Of a DNA stretch of 64,000 nt, positions 60,625 to 64,000 are shown one piece after another. A program made the position numbers and the translations under genes. Position 1 is the stretch's first letter; every line of letters begins with the position of its first letter. Source of the stretch: an uncultured delta proteobacterium. Its GTDB lineage: Bacteria > Desulfobacterota > Binatia > UBA9968. The notes below the pieces were generated by a model. That model was not told the DNA's origin. It made no database searches and saw only the letters and a program-made list of their open reading frames with translations. The DNA is taken from positions 192,001 through 256,000 of the forward strand of contig CAVUVW010000027.1 in the NCBI GenBank assembly GCA_963745035.1. The letters run 5' to 3'.

Positions 60625-61668
60625 CTAGAATCCATACTTCTCTTGCGCGCCTAAGGCGATGCTCAACGGATTTTTCAACTCGGGGCGGCGGCTTACTTCC
60701 TGGTAGGCGGTTTTCACCGCGTCATCCCGAACGATATCCTTGACTGACATCGCTCGGGAAAGCTTGCCGGACTTGACCATCTCGTCAGCGATTCTTTGCA
60801 CTGCTTCGGTGGTAATGCCGCCATCGATCGGTATGGCCCAGCTCTCGACACGATCGGGCCCAGTCACGATCGCCACGACGCCGCGCTCGTCCTCGTTGTG
60901 CGTGTTGGTCTTTCTTAGCTTCCTTTCGAGATCGCGCAGGTACTCGAAGTTTTTCACGTCGCGCATGAACCAGAAGGCACGAATGATCGCGCGAAAGTAG
61001 GCGCGCAGCTCGTCCGCGCGCTTCTCGATCGTCTGTCCCGTCGCGACGGTGAGCTTGCCCGGCCGGCGCGGAAAGACTTTATTGGGATCGAGAATCATCG
61101 GATAGCCTTCTTTCTCGAGCTGGTCGGAAAACGGCGGCTGTGAGGTAATCGCATCGACTTTGCCGGTGCGCAGCATCTCCATGTGCGCGGGGTTGTTGCG
61201 GTAGCCGAAGACCGGGTCGTAAATCCACTGGACTTCGTTTTCCGGATCGACGCCGGCGTCGCGGAGAGCATCGGTGATGAACACCTGAACCAATCCCTCC
61301 TTCTCCCGCATGCCGATGCGCCCGCCGCGAAGCTTGCTCATGTCGCTGAGGTGCTTGGCACCATACCAGCGCAGGAAGGGCGTATAGCGCCAGCCGCCGA
61401 CGATGTAAATATCGGCGTCGAGGGAGCGCTGGTAGATCGCCGCTTCGACATCGACCGCGGTGGCGATGTCCACACCGTGATTGGTGATCGCCATGGCGAG
61501 CCCGTCGCGCTCGAGCGGACCGGGAATCAAACCGCGCGCGTCGTATTCGTATTCCTTGAGACCTTCTTCACGGAAAAAGCCCTGCTCCTCGGCGACGAAG
61601 ATGGCGACCTGGTGGCCGACGTGATAGTTGCTGTTGGCGATCAACAGCGGTTGATCGAGTGTGCTCAT
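60625..61668 (-). CDS. SsuA/THI5-like binding-fold protein without signal peptide (close paralog of 56145)
   Basis: MSTLDQPLLIANSNYHVGH, GGWRYTPFL and DPVFGYRNNPAH shared. Confidence 0.75.
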   Translation of the reverse strand: MSTLDQPLLIANSNYHVGHQVAIFVAEEQGFFREEGLKEYEYDARGLIPGPLERDGLAMAITNHGVDIATAVDVEAAIYQRSLDADIYIVGGWRYTPFLRWYGAKHLSDMSKLRGGRIGMREKEGLVQVFITDALRDAGVDPENEVQWIYDPVFGYRNNPAHMEMLRTGKVDAITSQPPFSDQLEKEGYPMILDPNKVFPRRPGKLTVATGQTIEKRADELRAYFRAIIRAFWFMRDVKNFEYLRDLERKLRKTNTHNEDERGVVAIVTGPDRVESWAIPIDGGITTEAVQRIADEMVKSGKLSRAMSVKDIVRDDAVKTAYQEVSRRPELKNPLSIALGAQEKYGF

Positions 61669-61682
61669 GAATGTCCTCTCGC

Positions 61683-61755
61683 TGGAGTTGTTGGAGTGAT
61701 GGAGTAATGGAGCGCTGCTCGCGTCAATATTTCAGTACTCCAATACTCCATTCCT
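61683..61755. repeat. inverted array of 8-bp units (TGGAGTAA/TACTCCAA)
   Basis: TTGGAGTGATGGAGTAATGGAG ... CAGTACTCCAATACTCCATTC. Confidence 0.7.
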
Positions 61756-61764
61756 CTAGCAGTG

Positions 61765-62715
61765 TCATGTGCCAGGCGTGAAAAGTTCGTCGATCTCGAG
61801 ACGGCGCTCGGTGAGTCGTTGCTCGAAGGCGTAATCGAGGAGCGTTTCCAGAGCTGTGCGATTTCCTTCCATCGTATACGGCCAGGGATCGGCTCCCAGC
61901 AAAGCTCGTTCTTCTTCCTGCTCGGCGCCGAACCATGCCAGCGATGACCGGCGGTGATCGGCCCAGTATCTATAGGCTTGCTGTTTGGAATCTTCGAAAA
62001 CTTGTACCAGGCGCGCTCCGATCTGGCTGTCGCGCCGAAGCACTTCATCCTTGACGACGACGAGATGGCGAATCGGAAAAATTCCCGTGCGGCGATAGTA
62101 GTCGACCTCCACTTCGCGGTAGTTGGGCCAGAGCCGGCGCACGACTTTGTTGATCGCGGCGACGTCGGTTCCGCTATCCGATAAGATCTGCGCGTCCAGT
62201 TCGCCTTGCTTCAGCAGGTCTTGCATTTTCCGACCCGCGGGCGTGCGCTCGATGCGCAGCCATGCGGGCGGCGACCAGCCGACAATTTCTTCAGCCCCGT
62301 CCGCAACCCAGTAGATCTCACTCGGCGGCAAATCGAATTCATGCTGCAGCAGGCCGCGAATCCAGAGCGCGATGGGATTGAAATGCCCATGAATGCCGAC
62401 GCGCCGGCCGCGCAGATCCTGTGGGCGAGAAATATCGGAGTCGAGCCGAACCATCACACAGCTATGATTGAAACGGCGATGAGGAAACACGGGGATCGCC
62501 GTGATCGGCGCGCCGCGGCTTTTCAGCCCGAGATACTGAGCCACCTGCAGCTCGCAAACATCGAATTCCCAATTTCGCACGAAGCGACTATGGCGTTCGG
62601 CGGAGGGTAGCGGAATGATCTTCAGCTCCAGACCAGGCGACGACACCGCACCGTCGATGAGCGGGCGCGTGCGGTCGTAGTCGCCGCAAGACAAGGTGAG
62701 TTTGAGCTCAGGCAT
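61765..62715 (-). CDS. 4,5-dihydroxyphthalate decarboxylase-like (binding-protein fold) protein
   Basis: CGDYDRTRPLIDG, FDVCEL, IPVFPHRRF.H, WIRGLL, TGIFPI.H and DPWPY motifs. Confidence 0.8.
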   Translation of the reverse strand: MPELKLTLSCGDYDRTRPLIDGAVSSPGLELKIIPLPSAERHSRFVRNWEFDVCELQVAQYLGLKSRGAPITAIPVFPHRRFNHSCVMVRLDSDISRPQDLRGRRVGIHGHFNPIALWIRGLLQHEFDLPPSEIYWVADGAEEIVGWSPPAWLRIERTPAGRKMQDLLKQGELDAQILSDSGTDVAAINKVVRRLWPNYREVEVDYYRRTGIFPIRHLVVVKDEVLRRDSQIGARLVQVFEDSKQQAYRYWADHRRSSLAWFGAEQEEERALLGADPWPYTMEGNRTALETLLDYAFEQRLTERRLEIDELFTPGT

Positions 62716-62833
62716 CAGATCGATGAGATTGTTCCTGCTTCGAGAGTTTCCGGTTACCTACATTGAAGTTGCTAAAATCGGCCGATATCTCCGAGGCAAG
62801 CACGATGATCTGCGTCAGCGCATCTTATTATGA

Positions 62834-63408
62834 CTACGCTCGCTTCAGCACCCCGGACGCCTTCGCGGCGTGGGTCGCGATCGCGTCCATCAACGCGGGA
62901 GACAAGCAGTCGTACGGCTCCAGCTTGAGTTCCTTCAGCCGCGCTCGGACCGCGCCCATGTCGGCGGGGTCGGCACCGGACTCGATAATCGAGGAGACGA
63001 AGGCGGCGAATTCCGGCGGGGCCCAGCCTTCCTGCGGCGATAGTTCGGTGTGGATAAAGTCGAATCCAAAGAATGGATGTTTTTCGTTCTCGATGCGGCC
63101 GTACATGTGCACGCCGCAACTTTGCAGGCATGACGTTTGATCACTGCGTTCGCATCCACGACGGAGAGCTTATCCCCGTTGGCAGTCACGCGGAGCTTAT
63201 CGCGCGGCACCACGGCGACTTGAGAGAAGAGGGCGTCCGCCGGCTTCCAGCACTTGGTGCAACCGCAGACGTGGTTGTGCGCGCACTGGCTGTCAATCGC
63301 GATCGAGACCTTCCTGTCGGCGCAGCGGCACTGCAGCGTGCCGCCGGCGAAATTCGCCGCCGCTGGTTTGACGCCGCCGTCGACCTTCGGATGAATCGAA
63401 ATAGCCAT
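62834..63408 (-). CDS. gfa: glutathione-dependent formaldehyde-activating enzyme, frameshift near 63120
   Basis: [27 protein letters not shown] and [13 protein letters not shown] motifs. Confidence 0.92.
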
Positions 63409-63552
63409 GGTTTATTCCTCCTTCTGCGTACTGGTTAGGAGAAGCAGTACGCGATTGAACATCCTATATGCGATTCTACTAGTCAATAACGAATTGCGCT
63501 TCATATTGACGAAAACAACAGGCGGGTAGTAGAAGAATGCTAGGAGAGCGGA

Positions 63553-64000
63553 ATGAAGCGATCTTTTCCTGTGATCGATGCCGACGGCCATGTGCTCGAG
63601 CGCGATCGCGAGCTGCGGCAATTTATGCCGCCGCAATTTCGCGCCGTGGAGGGGAAACGCGAATATCCGCTCTTTTCGTGGGATGGTTGGGCGCGCGGAG
63701 CCTTGTCGCCGAAGCAGCGGGAGCACCCCAGCGTCGAGCTTTGGCTGCGCTTTCTCGACGCTACCGAGATCGCCATGACCGTGCTTTATCCCAACGAAGG
63801 ATTGAACATCGGTCTGCAGCGCGACGGTGACTGGGGCGTCGCTTTGGCGCGCGCGTACAACGACTGGCTGCATCACGATTTCCTGCGCGCAAGCCCGCGC
63901 TTCAAAGGCGTCGCGTTGCTCGCGCCGCAGGAGCCGAACGAGGCAGCGAAGGAATTGGAGCGCGCTGTTCGTGAACTAGGCATGGTCGCGGGCATGTTGC
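63553..64000 (+). CDS. amidohydrolase_2 family protein (5' part, runs off window)
   Basis: IDADGHVLE, VLYP, ARAYNDW and ELERAV motifs; GGAG RBS. Confidence 0.85.
   Translation, partial: MKRSFPVIDADGHVLERDRELRQFMPPQFRAVEGKREYPLFSWDGWARGALSPKQREHPSVELWLRFLDATEIAMTVLYPNEGLNIGLQRDGDWGVALARAYNDWLHHDFLRASPRFKGVALLAPQEPNEAAKELERAVRELGMVAGML

Overview
A GC-rich bacterial chromosomal segment of about 60 genes, mostly accessory metabolism. It contains a quinol-dependent NO reductase facing two hemerythrins, an orphan PaaA-like di-iron protein, a DASS dicarboxylate transporter, DinB, two Rieske oxygenases, an atypical radical SAM operon, a persulfide dioxygenase/DUF1326/DUF2182/sulfite-oxidase-like block, a VOC/Rieske cluster, tandem MetE-like proteins with Rid-family proteins, a LigAB-like pair, gfa, and about 13 solute-binding-fold genes with no cognate permeases. 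The gene mix resembles Candidatus Binatia-type deltaproteobacterial genomes (inference only). One intact IS1595-family element with TIRs and TSD sits on the stop codon of gntK. Several families of short periodic intergenic repeats are present. About 14 genes carry frameshifts, most likely long-read indel errors. The top find is an NhaP/CPA1 cation:proton antiporter fused to a rhodanese domain whose active-site loop has an in-frame TGA (C-A-U) followed by a SECIS-like hairpin, i.e. a candidate selenocysteine-containing transporter. I recognised no rRNA, tRNA or CRISPR array. Family assignments come from motif recognition by eye, not database searches.
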